From assembly GCA_963664405.1 (NCBI GenBank), contig OY761158.1, positions 6,208,001-6,272,000 of the forward strand: a stretch of DNA of 64,000 bases, given 5' to 3'. The position numbers were made by a program, and so were the translations under genes. Every line of letters begins with the position of its first letter. Within the stretch, counting starts at the first letter, position 1. Of this stretch, positions 28,826-38,042 are shown piece by piece. The notes under the pieces are model-generated. The model did no database searches. It was not told the DNA's origin and worked only from the letters and a program-made list of their open reading frames with translations. Source of the DNA: Thermoanaerobaculia bacterium. Lineage in GTDB: Bacteria; Acidobacteriota; Thermoanaerobaculia; Multivoradales; Multivoraceae.

Positions 28826-31594
28826 ATGGCTTTGCACATCACTGATATCAAGACCGACGACGATGAATTGGAGGTTGTAGGGGGAAAAGGCCGGTCGCTC
28901 GCCAAGCTGGCGAGTGCGGGCTTCAACGTGCCTGGCGGATTTCAGGTCAAGACCTCCGCCTATCGTAGCTTCATCGACGAGAACGGTCTGCAGAGCCGAA
29001 TCTTGGCGTTGGCCAAGCCGGCGGTGGTCTCGGGTCGCGCTTCGTTCGAGCAGGCGTCCAGAGACATCCAACAGCTTTTCGCCGAGCACGATCTCTCGTC
29101 GGCCACCGTCGCGGAGATCACCGGCGCTTACGAGGCGCTCGACGGGTACCCACCCGTTGCGGTGCGCTCGTCCGCCAACGCAGAAGACCTGCCTGGATTG
29201 TCTTTTGCCGGTCAGCAGGAAACCTATCTGAACGTGACCAGCGCGACAGCCGTGGTCGCGGCGGTGAAGAAGTGTTTGGCCTCGCTATGGACCGGGCAGG
29301 CCATCAGCTATCGACACCAGAACGGCATCGATCAAGGTTGTGTCGCTATGGCTGTGGTGGTTCAGATCATGATTCCCTCCTCGGTCTCCGGCATCTTGTT
29401 CACCGCGAACCCGGCAACCGGTGAGCGCTCGGAAGTGATTATCAATGCGAGCTTCGGACTGGGTGAAGCCGTCGTCAGTGGGCAGGTGACACCCGACACC
29501 TACATTGTCGATCGAAATACGCTTGCGGCAAAGGAAACGATCATTGGTCCCAAGGCGCAGAAGATCGTCTCTGACGGCAGTCAGGGAACGAGAATGGAGG
29601 ACATCTCCGAGGCGCAACGCAGCCAGTCGAGCTTGTCCGACGAGATGCTCGTGGAACTGGTTGAAACGGCTCTCGAGATCGAAAAGCTCTACGACGGACT
29701 GCCGCAGGACATCGAATGGGCGTTTTCCGAGGGAAGCGGAGGCAATGCCCTTTCGCTACTGCAGTCTCGTCCCATCACAAATCTGCCCGTACAGCCGATC
29801 GAGTTGACCTGGGAGCTCGAGCCACCGATCAAGATCCTCTTTCGCAGGCAGATTGTCGAGAACATGCCTGACCCGATCTGTCCGTTGTTCGAGGAGCTGT
29901 ATCTGACCGATGGTCTGCTGTCATCGCGACCCAATGCGAGCCGCGCCGACGCCGGCTTTGTCACCTTGAACGGCTACGCCTACAACCGTGCCCAGCCTCC
30001 GGCGGAGCATGCGACAGAAGAGGAGGCGGCTGAAGCGAGGCAGAAGTTTCTGAACAGGGTCAAAGAGGCCATGGAAGACACACCCGAGGCCGCCAAGCAC
30101 GATCTGGATCTGTTCCTTGCAGATCTTTCGAGTGAAGACAGATCTGCACTCGAGGCCGTGGTCGCGGACTATCAAGGGGACGATCTCGCCGGTGATCTCA
30201 CCATGCCGGAGAGCGACAACCCGACCTATATCGCCAACATCAGAGTGCGCAACTGCGACAGGAGATGGCGGGTATGGCAGGAAGAGGCAATGCCACGGTT
30301 GGTGAATACGGCTGAGAAATGGCTCGAGGTCGATCCGGCGACTGCCACTGACGAAACGCTTCTTGCCGGCATCGTCGAGATGGCACGTGAGGAAGGCTGC
30401 TATTGGACTGGCAATACCAGCTCGACCTTTGGCATCGCGAAGTCGACCGATGATCAATTGCAGTGCTTTCTAGCCGAGAATCTACCTGATGAGCATTACA
30501 TCAGCGGTCAGTTTCTCACCGGCTTTGCTTCGAAGAGTATGGAGGCGAATACAAGGCTCTTCGAGATAGCGAAGCTCATTCGTGCCAATGAAGAGCTGAC
30601 CTATCTGCTGATCGTCACACCGCTTCAATTCGTGATGGAGAGATTGCGCCAGCATAATCGAGACAGCGGCGCGGTCCTCGAAGCGATCGACGCGTATCTG
30701 GAGGTCTACGGTCACCAGGGCTATAGCCTGGATTTCATCGAGCCTACCCAACGCGAAGATCCCTCTGCGATGGTTGCGGCATTGAAGACGATGGTGACGG
30801 ATCTCGACTACGATCCTGAAAGCCAGAACATTCGGGCTGCTGCGGTTCGTGACCAGAAATACCACGAGGTTTCTGAGCGACTGTCGGACTTCGCCTTTTG
30901 GCAGTTTCGCTACCGCCTGTGGTTCGCACGACGGTACAACCAGATCAGAGAAGAGACATCTTTCTACTTTGGCTATACCTGGCCCGTATTGCGACCGATG
31001 GCTTTCGAGCTCGGTCAGCGCTTGGTCGACGCGGGAACTTTCTGCACGCGAGAAGACATCTTCTTCATGGTGACCGAGGAGCTGGAGAAGGCTATCGAGG
31101 CGCGGGAGAACGGCCGGTCGCTTGAAGAGCTCGGCAACCTCGCGGCGGAGCGTCGGGAGCTCCGGGAGGCCCGTAAACGACACCATCCGCCGGGGACGGT
31201 ACCCGAGGAAGCCAGCGATATTCCTTCAATCAAGTTCAAGGAGACTCAGATCAAGAACGATGACTCGAGTGACACGATGAACGGATTCGCGGTCAGCTCG
31301 GGAACAGTCACGGGGCGAGCCAGCGTCATTTTGTCTCAGGCAGATTTCGACAAGATGGAGCCCGGCTCTATTCTGGTCGCGCCCAATACAACGCCCGCCT
31401 GGACGCAGCTCTTTTCTCACGCCACCGGACTGGTCACCGATATGGGCAGTATCCTCGCCCATGGTTCGATCGTTGCTCGTGAATACGGCATCCCGGCGGT
31501 ACTGGGGGTCGGTAACGGTACGATCCGAATCAAGCACGGTCAGACCATCTCGATCGACGGCGACGCTGGCACCGTTGTGCTCATGGAGAAGTAG
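28826..31594 (+). CDS. PEP-utilising phosphotransferase (PPDK N-terminal ATP-grasp + central domain + C-terminal phospho-His domain)
   Basis: VGGKG, AVRSSANAED..SFAGQ, GLGEAVVSG, PQDIEWA, LQSRPIT, AHGSIVAREYGIPAV. Confidence 0.85.
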   Translation: MALHITDIKTDDDELEVVGGKGRSLAKLASAGFNVPGGFQVKTSAYRSFIDENGLQSRILALAKPAVVSGRASFEQASRDIQQLFAEHDLSSATVAEITGAYEALDGYPPVAVRSSANAEDLPGLSFAGQQETYLNVTSATAVVAAVKKCLASLWTGQAISYRHQNGIDQGCVAMAVVVQIMIPSSVSGILFTANPATGERSEVIINASFGLGEAVVSGQVTPDTYIVDRNTLAAKETIIGPKAQKIVSDGSQGTRMEDISEAQRSQSSLSDEMLVELVETALEIEKLYDGLPQDIEWAFSEGSGGNALSLLQSRPITNLPVQPIELTWELEPPIKILFRRQIVENMPDPICPLFEELYLTDGLLSSRPNASRADAGFVTLNGYAYNRAQPPAEHATEEEAAEARQKFLNRVKEAMEDTPEAAKHDLDLFLADLSSEDRSALEAVVADYQGDDLAGDLTMPESDNPTYIANIRVRNCDRRWRVWQEEAMPRLVNTAEKWLEVDPATATDETLLAGIVEMAREEGCYWTGNTSSTFGIAKSTDDQLQCFLAENLPDEHYISGQFLTGFASKSMEANTRLFEIAKLIRANEELTYLLIVTPLQFVMERLRQHNRDSGAVLEAIDAYLEVYGHQGYSLDFIEPTQREDPSAMVAALKTMVTDLDYDPESQNIRAAAVRDQKYHEVSERLSDFAFWQFRYRLWFARRYNQIREETSFYFGYTWPVLRPMAFELGQRLVDAGTFCTREDIFFMVTEELEKAIEARENGRSLEELGNLAAERRELREARKRHHPPGTVPEEASDIPSIKFKETQIKNDDSSDTMNGFAVSSGTVTGRASVILSQADFDKMEPGSILVAPNTTPAWTQLFSHATGLVTDMGSILAHGSIVAREYGIPAVLGVGNGTIRIKHGQTISIDGDAGTVVLMEK

Positions 31595-31696
31595 ATTGGC
31601 CGGGCTTTTCCTCTGAACTTGGCACGGTGTTTTAGTATGATCTGGCCGCCGGGGAGTTGGGTCTTCTTCCCCCGAGGGTTGTAGTCGCATAAGAGA

Positions 31697-32428
31697 GTGG
31701 GAGATCGCATCATGAAGCAGGGCAAGGACGAGCCGAAGGTGAGTCTCCGTGAAGTCAATCTGGCGGCGCGGCGGCAGCGGATCCTCGATGCGGCCAGGAC
31801 TTTGCTTGCCGAAGGTGGAGCCGAGGCCCTCTCGATGCGCAAGCTCGCTCGCGAGGCGCAGTTGAGTGTCACCACCCTTTACAACCTCGTAGGCTCCCGC
31901 GACGAAATCCTCGAGGCGCTGATCGAGGATTCGGCCGAACGTGTCGGCTCGACAGCCGAGGTGGCCAAACACCCAAAAGACCCGGTGTCCCGGCTCCGGG
32001 CTCACGTGGAGGATACCGTGAGCTTCACCCTCGGGAACGTGGAGCTCAGCCGGTCGATGATCCTCGCCCAGTACGACAGGGGTGGGCGAGTGACCACCGC
32101 ACTGAGAGCCTCAGAGGCTAATCGTAGGGATTTAGGAGCGTTCGGGCTCTTCTTCACCCAGGCGAAGGAAGCCACGCGCGAGCTCCTCGACGAGGCCATC
32201 GAGTCGGGGCTGCTCCGCGATGATATCGATCCCTCGTTGCTGTGGGGAGCAATATGGTCTGCGACGCAGCTTCCACTACTCGCCTGGGCCCAGGGTCAAT
32301 CGGATGCGGAGGAATTTCGCGCCCAGACTCTTTACCGGGTCAACCTCGTCCTGCTTGCGATTGCGTCGGATGAGGTCCGCCCGGCTCTGGTAAAGGAGAT
32401 GCGAAAGCTCGAGCGCGGATTGAAGTAG
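31697..32428 (+). CDS. TetR family regulator
   Basis: RQRILDAA...LSMRKLAREAQLSVTTLYN. Confidence 0.82.
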   Translation: MGDRIMKQGKDEPKVSLREVNLAARRQRILDAARTLLAEGGAEALSMRKLAREAQLSVTTLYNLVGSRDEILEALIEDSAERVGSTAEVAKHPKDPVSRLRAHVEDTVSFTLGNVELSRSMILAQYDRGGRVTTALRASEANRRDLGAFGLFFTQAKEATRELLDEAIESGLLRDDIDPSLLWGAIWSATQLPLLAWAQGQSDAEEFRAQTLYRVNLVLLAIASDEVRPALVKEMRKLERGLK

Positions 32429-32496
32429 GTCGGAAAAGCAGTCGCGGCCTTGGCCCACTGCGGTAGACTCGCCCCTCTTCAAGGAGGCATCGAACT

Positions 32497-33732
32497 ATGA
32501 CCGCAGAAGCGTGGATCATCGACACTGTTCGCACACCCCGAGGCATCGGAAAACAGGGCAAGGGCGCCCTCTCTCACATTCACCCGCAGCGGCTGGCCGC
32601 CACAGTTCTCGAAGCTCTGCAGAAGCGCAACGACCTCAACACCGAAGAGGTCGACGACGTGATCTGGGGCTGCAATATGCAGGTCGGCAAGCAGGGCGCC
32701 TGTATCGGCCGCATGGCCGTGCTCGACGCCGGCTGGAGCACCAAGGCCTCCGCGGTCACTCTCGACCGATTCTGCGGTTCCGGAATCACTTCGGTAAACC
32801 TGGCTGCTTCGATGATCATGTCCGGCATGGAGGATTGCGTGGTCGCCGGTGGCGTCGAAATGATGTCTTACACTTCCACGGTTCCCACTCCTGGCGCGTT
32901 GATGGACGTCGGAAACCTCCATCTGCGCGACCAGCATCCACAGTGGCATCAGGGCATCTGTGCGGATGTCATTGCCACTCTGGAAGGCATCAGTCGAGAG
33001 AATGTTGACGGTCTCGCCCACGAGAGCCAGAAGCGGGCCGACAACGCGATCAAGAACGGTTACTTCGCGAAAAGCCTGGTGCCGGTCTACAACGACGACG
33101 GCACGGTCGCCCTGGATCACGAAGAGTTCCCGCGTCCGCAGACCACGATGGAAGGGCTTGCGGGCCTCCCGGCTGTTTTCGAGAGGTTCATGCCGAACGC
33201 CTTCGATGAGTCCGGCGAGACCTTTCTCCAACTGGTGCAGCGGAACTATCCGGATATCGAGATCGATCACGTCCATCACGCCGGCAACTCTTCGGGCGTG
33301 GTCGATGGCGCGGCGTCAGTGCTGCTCTGTTCGCCCGAATATGCTCGTTCGCAAGGCTGGGAGCCACGCGCCCGCATCGTCGCGATGGCGAACGTGGGTG
33401 GCAGCCCGACCCTGATGCTCAACGAGCCTGTGCCGGCGGCACGCAAGGTGCTCGAGAAGGCAGGAAAGACCCTCGAGGATATCGATCTGATCGAGATCAA
33501 CGAGGCCTTCGCGGTGGTGGCTTACAAGTTCATCCGCGATCTCGAGGTCGATCCGGAGAAGTGCAATGTCAATGGTGGGGCGATCGCTCTCGGTCACCCG
33601 ATCGCCGCAACCGGGTCCATCCTGATTGGAACCGTACTCGACGAGCTCGAGCGGCGAGATCTGTCGACCGGCTTGGTGACCATGTGCGCAGGCGGCGGAA
33701 TGGCGCCCGCGATCATCCTCGAGCGCATGTAG
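32497..33732 (+). CDS. Acetyl-CoA C-acetyltransferase (thiolase)
   Basis: DRFCGSG, EINEAF, GGAIALGHP, MCAGGG. Confidence 0.92.
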   Translation: MTAEAWIIDTVRTPRGIGKQGKGALSHIHPQRLAATVLEALQKRNDLNTEEVDDVIWGCNMQVGKQGACIGRMAVLDAGWSTKASAVTLDRFCGSGITSVNLAASMIMSGMEDCVVAGGVEMMSYTSTVPTPGALMDVGNLHLRDQHPQWHQGICADVIATLEGISRENVDGLAHESQKRADNAIKNGYFAKSLVPVYNDDGTVALDHEEFPRPQTTMEGLAGLPAVFERFMPNAFDESGETFLQLVQRNYPDIEIDHVHHAGNSSGVVDGAASVLLCSPEYARSQGWEPRARIVAMANVGGSPTLMLNEPVPAARKVLEKAGKTLEDIDLIEINEAFAVVAYKFIRDLEVDPEKCNVNGGAIALGHPIAATGSILIGTVLDELERRDLSTGLVTMCAGGGMAPAIILERM

Positions 33733-33734
33733 AC

Positions 33735-34091
33735 CTAGTCGCCGTGGAGGCCGAGCTGGATGCACAGCGCTCTATCGAGCGCTTCCTCTTCGCTTCTTGT
33801 CAGGCGACCGAGAGCCTTTCCGAGACGCTGCTTGGAGACGGTGCGGATTTGATTTGCCACCAACCGTGAGGGCCGGAGGAGTCCGCTCGCTTCGGAGTCG
33901 ACGAGACTTTCGTAAGGCCGAAGTGGGCGGTCGTGTAGGTGGGTGATCGGAACGACCTGCACGACGGCATCGAAGCGGCATGCCGCTTCGTTCGAAACGA
34001 CGACCGCCGGGCGCGTCTTGCGAATTTCGCTTCCTTCGGAAGGATCGAAGCGGACGCTGACGACAGCTCCCCGCTCGAGAGCGGTTGTCAA
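33735..34091 (-). CDS. PemK/MazF family toxin
   Basis: RGAVVSVRFDPSEGSEIRKTRPAVVVSN...QIRTVSK.RL. Confidence 0.85.
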   Translation of the reverse strand: MTTALERGAVVSVRFDPSEGSEIRKTRPAVVVSNEAACRFDAVVQVVPITHLHDRPLRPYESLVDSEASGLLRPSRLVANQIRTVSKQRLGKALGRLTRSEEEALDRALCIQLGLHGD

Positions 34092-34303
34092 TCTGCAATC
34101 TCGCTGTCGATCGCCGTCCATTCGCGATCGAGCTCGGCGGCCTCGTCCGCATCCTCAGCGTAGGCAGCTTCGAGCTCCCGCTCGAGCTCACGGGTCCGAT
34201 ACTCGACGACCGCCTCCGCGACAGTCGAGCTCACGTTGGGCGTCGAGCGAAGATAGGTGGCCAGGTCCTCCGACAGCGATACGGTCATCTTTATTTTTCC
34301 CAT
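34088..34303 (-). CDS. RHH antitoxin of the MazF pair
   Basis: KMTVSLSEDL N-terminus, acidic tail, overlaps the toxin start. Confidence 0.7.
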   Translation of the reverse strand: MGKIKMTVSLSEDLATYLRSTPNVSSTVAEAVVEYRTRELERELEAAYAEDADEAAELDREWTAIDSEIAD

Positions 34304-34353
34304 GATGGATGACCATATTACCATAAAAATAGTACATACTAATTGGATGGCAT

Positions 34354-35178
34354 TCAGGGAGGAACTGTGACTTCCAACAACCGAAAGCTCAGTGGCAGCT
34401 CTGCGGGTACTGAAGTCGCCTCCTCGCCGCTGACCACAACCTCCCCGACGGCCTCCGGACTACCGGCCCCGAAGTAGGGGCCATCCTTCTGCCAGACCCG
34501 CAGCCAGATGCGCCCTCGATCTTGATCGAGGATGAAGGGCTGGGCGAGAAAGATGGCGCTCGAGCCTGCTAATCGGAAGCCGAGAGTCGAGCCTTCTGTT
34601 CCTTGCACTCGCAAGGGTTTCTGGTTCGGACTCGATACCTCGAGGGTTACCTGACGCTCGCCGAGGCGGAGCGAGGATGCTTCGTTGTCGGCAACGGCTG
34701 CCACTTTCAACAGGACCTCGCCCAGGAACCAGTGCACATAGGTCAGGAAATCGTCAGAGGAGCTGAAGGGGCGGGCCCCGAACCCGAAGCATCCTCTTTG
34801 TGCTCCTCCGTCGAAAGATCGGTCGAGCTGCCCCCACGCCGGCCCGCTGGGCATATCGGGCGCGGCCAGCTCATGTCTGCCGAGACCCGGTAGAGAGAAG
34901 AGCAGGCGCCCTCGCTCGAAGGAGCCGACTTCTTGGCCGCCGGGAAAGCGCTCAGATGCGAGTATCGCAACGCCGTGGTTGGGGACAAGGAAGGCGATCC
35001 TTGCACCGCGGACTTCGGAACAGCCGAGCACCGACGCTCCCGAGAGCCTCATCTCGCCGGTCGATTGGGAGCGCGCGGCCGCCGTCGATGCGGCCAAGAT
35101 CACGGCTGCGAGGGCGAGGATCGAGCTGAGCGATCGGGAGTCGGTCGGTCGGGGGAGCAGATGTTCGATTCGAGGCAT
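34354..35178 (-). CDS. Hypothetical exported protein
   Basis: Signal-like segment ILALAAVILAASTAAA; fills the gap between genes. Confidence 0.55.
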   Translation of the reverse strand: MPRIEHLLPRPTDSRSLSSILALAAVILAASTAAARSQSTGEMRLSGASVLGCSEVRGARIAFLVPNHGVAILASERFPGGQEVGSFERGRLLFSLPGLGRHELAAPDMPSGPAWGQLDRSFDGGAQRGCFGFGARPFSSSDDFLTYVHWFLGEVLLKVAAVADNEASSLRLGERQVTLEVSSPNQKPLRVQGTEGSTLGFRLAGSSAIFLAQPFILDQDRGRIWLRVWQKDGPYFGAGSPEAVGEVVVSGEEATSVPAELPLSFRLLEVTVPP

Positions 35179-35213
35179 CGTAGATATGAGGCCGGTGACC
35201 AAGATAGCAAAGT

Positions 35214-35730
35214 ATGATCGTCGCCCATGTCCGAACTCGATCCCGAGAAGGCCGTCGCACGCAGGAGCGCTCTGCGATGCGGGTAGCGACAGATGTCTAC
35301 CATCGTCTCGTTACTCGGCCCTGGAAGGTGCTGATGGCGCTGGTTCTCGCTGCCTACGATGGAAGGTCAGTCGATGCGTCGCATGGTCGATCTCGATCTC
35401 ACCCGCAGCAACAGCCCCTTCTTCTACCTGTCCTGGCTTGCCGTGCACCCGATCGACGAGAAGAGCCCTCTCTACGGTCGGGATCTCGACAGTCTGAGAG
35501 AGGCCGAGGTAAAGATCGCCGCCTCTTTCGTGGGGCTCGACGAGTCGCTCGGCCAGACCATCCACGCCCGCCGCCTCTACTCGGTCGCCGATTTTCGCTG
35601 GGGAGCCCGTTTCGTCGACGTCATCGAGAAGCGTGGCAATACGAGCGTGTTGGATAACAGCCGTCTCGATGAGACGACGCCGGCGGAGCCCCCTGGTTTT
35701 ACGCCCGAAGAAGTCAACAGTAAACAGTAA
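35214..35730 (+). pseudogene. KirBac-type inward-rectifier K+ channel remnant lacking the pore
   Basis: DVYHRLVTRPW..LAAY (slide helix/M1 start) fused out of frame near 35358 to EGQSMRR..DL.L.R..SP.F.LSW..VHPIDEKSPL (cytoplasmic domain); no TxGYG filter. Confidence 0.72.
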
Positions 35731-35815
35731 ACAGTAAAAGCAGGAGAGACTGCGCTGCCCGGGGCCGCCTTCCTCCCCGTTCCTGCCTTGACTGCTTACT
35801 GCTTCTCCGCTCCCC

Positions 35816-36318
35816 TCAGACCGAATTCAAAAAGCGACCAACCTCAGCTGGGCTCCGAAGCACGACAACACGTCGTCCCTCTCGGTACTTCTCGATTCGA
35901 GCCAGGATCGCCGGGCGGGTCTTCTTCGGGAAGTGCCAGGCCAGCGGCTGAACTCGCCGTCGAATCGCTCGGCGCAACCCTCTGCTAGATCCGGGCGCTG
36001 GCGGTTACGATATTGCAGTACCCGCTTTTGTGCGCGCCACAGGTAGCGATATCGCGGGAAGTCGAGAAAGACGATGGTGTCGGCGCGCTCGAGTCGGATC
36101 TCCATCGTGCCTCCGAAATTGCCGTCGATGATCCAGCGCTCGCCGTCGGCCAGGGCCCTGACCTTGGGCTCCCACTCTTCCCTGGGCGTTTCCTGCCACC
36201 CCGCTCGCCAGAAGTGGACGTCGAGGTGGATTACCGGTAGGCCTGTCCGCTCTCCCAATTGGCGTGCCAGGGTCGACTTGCCCGCGCCTCCCGCCCCGAT
36301 GATGGCGACTCGCCGCAC
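35816..36318 (-). pseudogene. P-loop kinase (FlaR/topology-modulation-like), frameshifted near 35940
   Basis: IIGAGGAGKSTLA, HLD..FW..GW, WIIDGNF; the expected C-terminus WHFPKKTRP...VLRSPAEV is in the next frame. Confidence 0.72.
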
Positions 36319-36396
36319 GGGCGGACTATATTGCCGAAGCAAGGTAGGTAGGGGATAGGATGGGAAGACACTCACTCGGAACAGAGGAGAATGGCA

Positions 36397-36747
36397 ATGA
36401 GAACCAAGATAGCCTTGGCGTTGATCGTAGCTCTCTTGATCGCGACGGCGGCCCTCGCTGCGCATCATCTCAATGGCACCTGGATGCTGACGATCACGCT
36501 CGGTGATCAGGGTGGCGATCTCACCCTCGAGCTCATAGAAGGCGAAGGGGGCAAGCTCACGGGCAAAAAGTCGGGCCAGCTCGGTGACGAAGAGATCACA
36601 GGAACCCTGAAAGGGAAAGACATCGAGTTCCACTTCGATTCCTCTCTGGGCAAGGCCGTCTACAAGGGCACCGTGGGTTCCGGCACGATGGAAGGCACTT
36701 GTCAGTATGGGGAGCAAGAGGGCACTTTCAAGGGCACTAAGAAGTAG
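36397..36747 (+). CDS. Small secreted beta-rich protein, paralog 1
   Basis: Signal peptide; AAHHLNGTW...YKGTV..GTMEGTCQYG. Confidence 0.75.
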   Translation: MRTKIALALIVALLIATAALAAHHLNGTWMLTITLGDQGGDLTLELIEGEGGKLTGKKSGQLGDEEITGTLKGKDIEFHFDSSLGKAVYKGTVGSGTMEGTCQYGEQEGTFKGTKK

Positions 36748-36813
36748 CAAGCAAAGCAGGAAACAGTAGACGGTAAAGCTGGAGAGCATTAGGAGCGAGG
36801 AGGAAGGGAGTTC

Positions 36814-37497
36814 ATGGGAGTCGTGCGAATAGAGGTTTTACGTTCGGGCCTCGTAGCGGCCGTGGCCGTATCGTTGTGCCTTGCTTTCGTCTCGGTGGCG
36901 TCGGCGGAGGATCGTTGGGAGTCGGCGATTGCCGACTTCGAGGCACTCGATCGGGAGAGTCCGCCGAAGGCCGGTGGGGTGCTCTTCGTGGGTAGCTCGA
37001 GTATCCGGCGCTGGGATCTCGAGCGCTGGTTCCCTGAGAGTGGAGCTACTAATCGCGGTTTCGGCGGCTCACAGATCGCCGACTCGATTCGCCACTTCGA
37101 TCGATTCGTCGTTCCCCACCGGCCGCGGAGCATTTTCTTTTATGCGGGAGACAACGACATCTCGGCAGGTAAGGGAGCAGAGGCGGTGGCGGCGGACTTC
37201 GCTTCACTCGCGGATCGCGTCCGCACCCGTCTGCCGAAGACGCGCCTGTGGTTCATCGCCATCAAGCCGAGCCTCTCCCGCTGGCAGCTATGGCCGACTA
37301 TGGAGGAGGCTAACCGTCGTATCGCTGCGCTATGCGGTAAGGACCCGATGCTCGAGTTCGTCGATGTGGCTACGCCGATGCTCGGCGCCGACGGCAATCC
37401 CATGCCGGAGTTGTTCGTCGCCGACGGGCTCCATATGACCGATGAGGGGTATCGGATCTGGGCGGGTGTTGTGGGGCCTCTGTTGAAGAAGAAGTAA
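36814..37497 (+). CDS. SGNH/GDSL hydrolase
   Basis: FVGSSS, NRGFGGS, YAGDND, DGLH. Confidence 0.88.
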   Translation: MGVVRIEVLRSGLVAAVAVSLCLAFVSVASAEDRWESAIADFEALDRESPPKAGGVLFVGSSSIRRWDLERWFPESGATNRGFGGSQIADSIRHFDRFVVPHRPRSIFFYAGDNDISAGKGAEAVAADFASLADRVRTRLPKTRLWFIAIKPSLSRWQLWPTMEEANRRIAALCGKDPMLEFVDVATPMLGADGNPMPELFVADGLHMTDEGYRIWAGVVGPLLKKK

Positions 37498-37581
37498 TCA
37501 GTAAGCAGTAAAACAGTACGGGCGAAGCCGGCGTCGGAGCGACACCGGGCTTCGGCGAACCACTGAAAGGGAGGAACGGGA

Positions 37582-37938
37582 GTGAAAATCAAGGGTGTGT
37601 CGTTGGTAGTCGGCCTTCTTCTGATCGCGACGGCGGCTTTTGCCGCCCACCATGTAAATGGCACGTGGCAACTGACTGTCACGCTTGGCGACGGACAAGG
37701 TGGCGAGGCCACCTTCAAGCTCGAGGAAAGCGCCGGGGGCGAGCTCTCCGGATCCTACTCGGGCGCGCTGGGCGATGCCGACGTCAGCGGGACCGTCAGT
37801 GGCAAGAACGTCGAGTTCGGCTTCGACTCTCAGGCCGGCAAAGTTACCTACAAAGGCACTGTGTCCGGCGACATGATGGAAGGCAGCTGTAGCTACGGTG
37901 AGCTTGGAGAGGGAACCTTTAAGGGAAGTAAGCAGTAA
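37582..37938 (+). CDS. Small secreted beta-rich protein, paralog 2
   Basis: AAHHVNGTW...YKGTVSGDMMEGSCSYG; aligns end to end with 36397-36747. Confidence 0.75.
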   Translation: MKIKGVSLVVGLLLIATAAFAAHHVNGTWQLTVTLGDGQGGEATFKLEESAGGELSGSYSGALGDADVSGTVSGKNVEFGFDSQAGKVTYKGTVSGDMMEGSCSYGELGEGTFKGSKQ

Positions 37939-37954
37939 GCAGTAAGCAGTAAGC
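37927..37954 (+). repeat. Heptamer tandem repeat (AGTAAGC)x4
   Basis: Direct reading; related heptamer runs at 15677, 35718, 35788, 37499 and 38039. Confidence 0.75.
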
Positions 37955-38042
37955 AGACCAGAAAGTCCTTGAAGCTCAGGGGGCGAGGACGACCTTCCCC
38001 GGAGATCGGTCCGACTAGGCCCGACCGATCCCTCTTATCTGT

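Noticed and set aside
31619-31636. Sigma-54 promoter TTGGCACGGTG upstream of TetR
   Set aside because: Lacks the -12 GC at the required spacing
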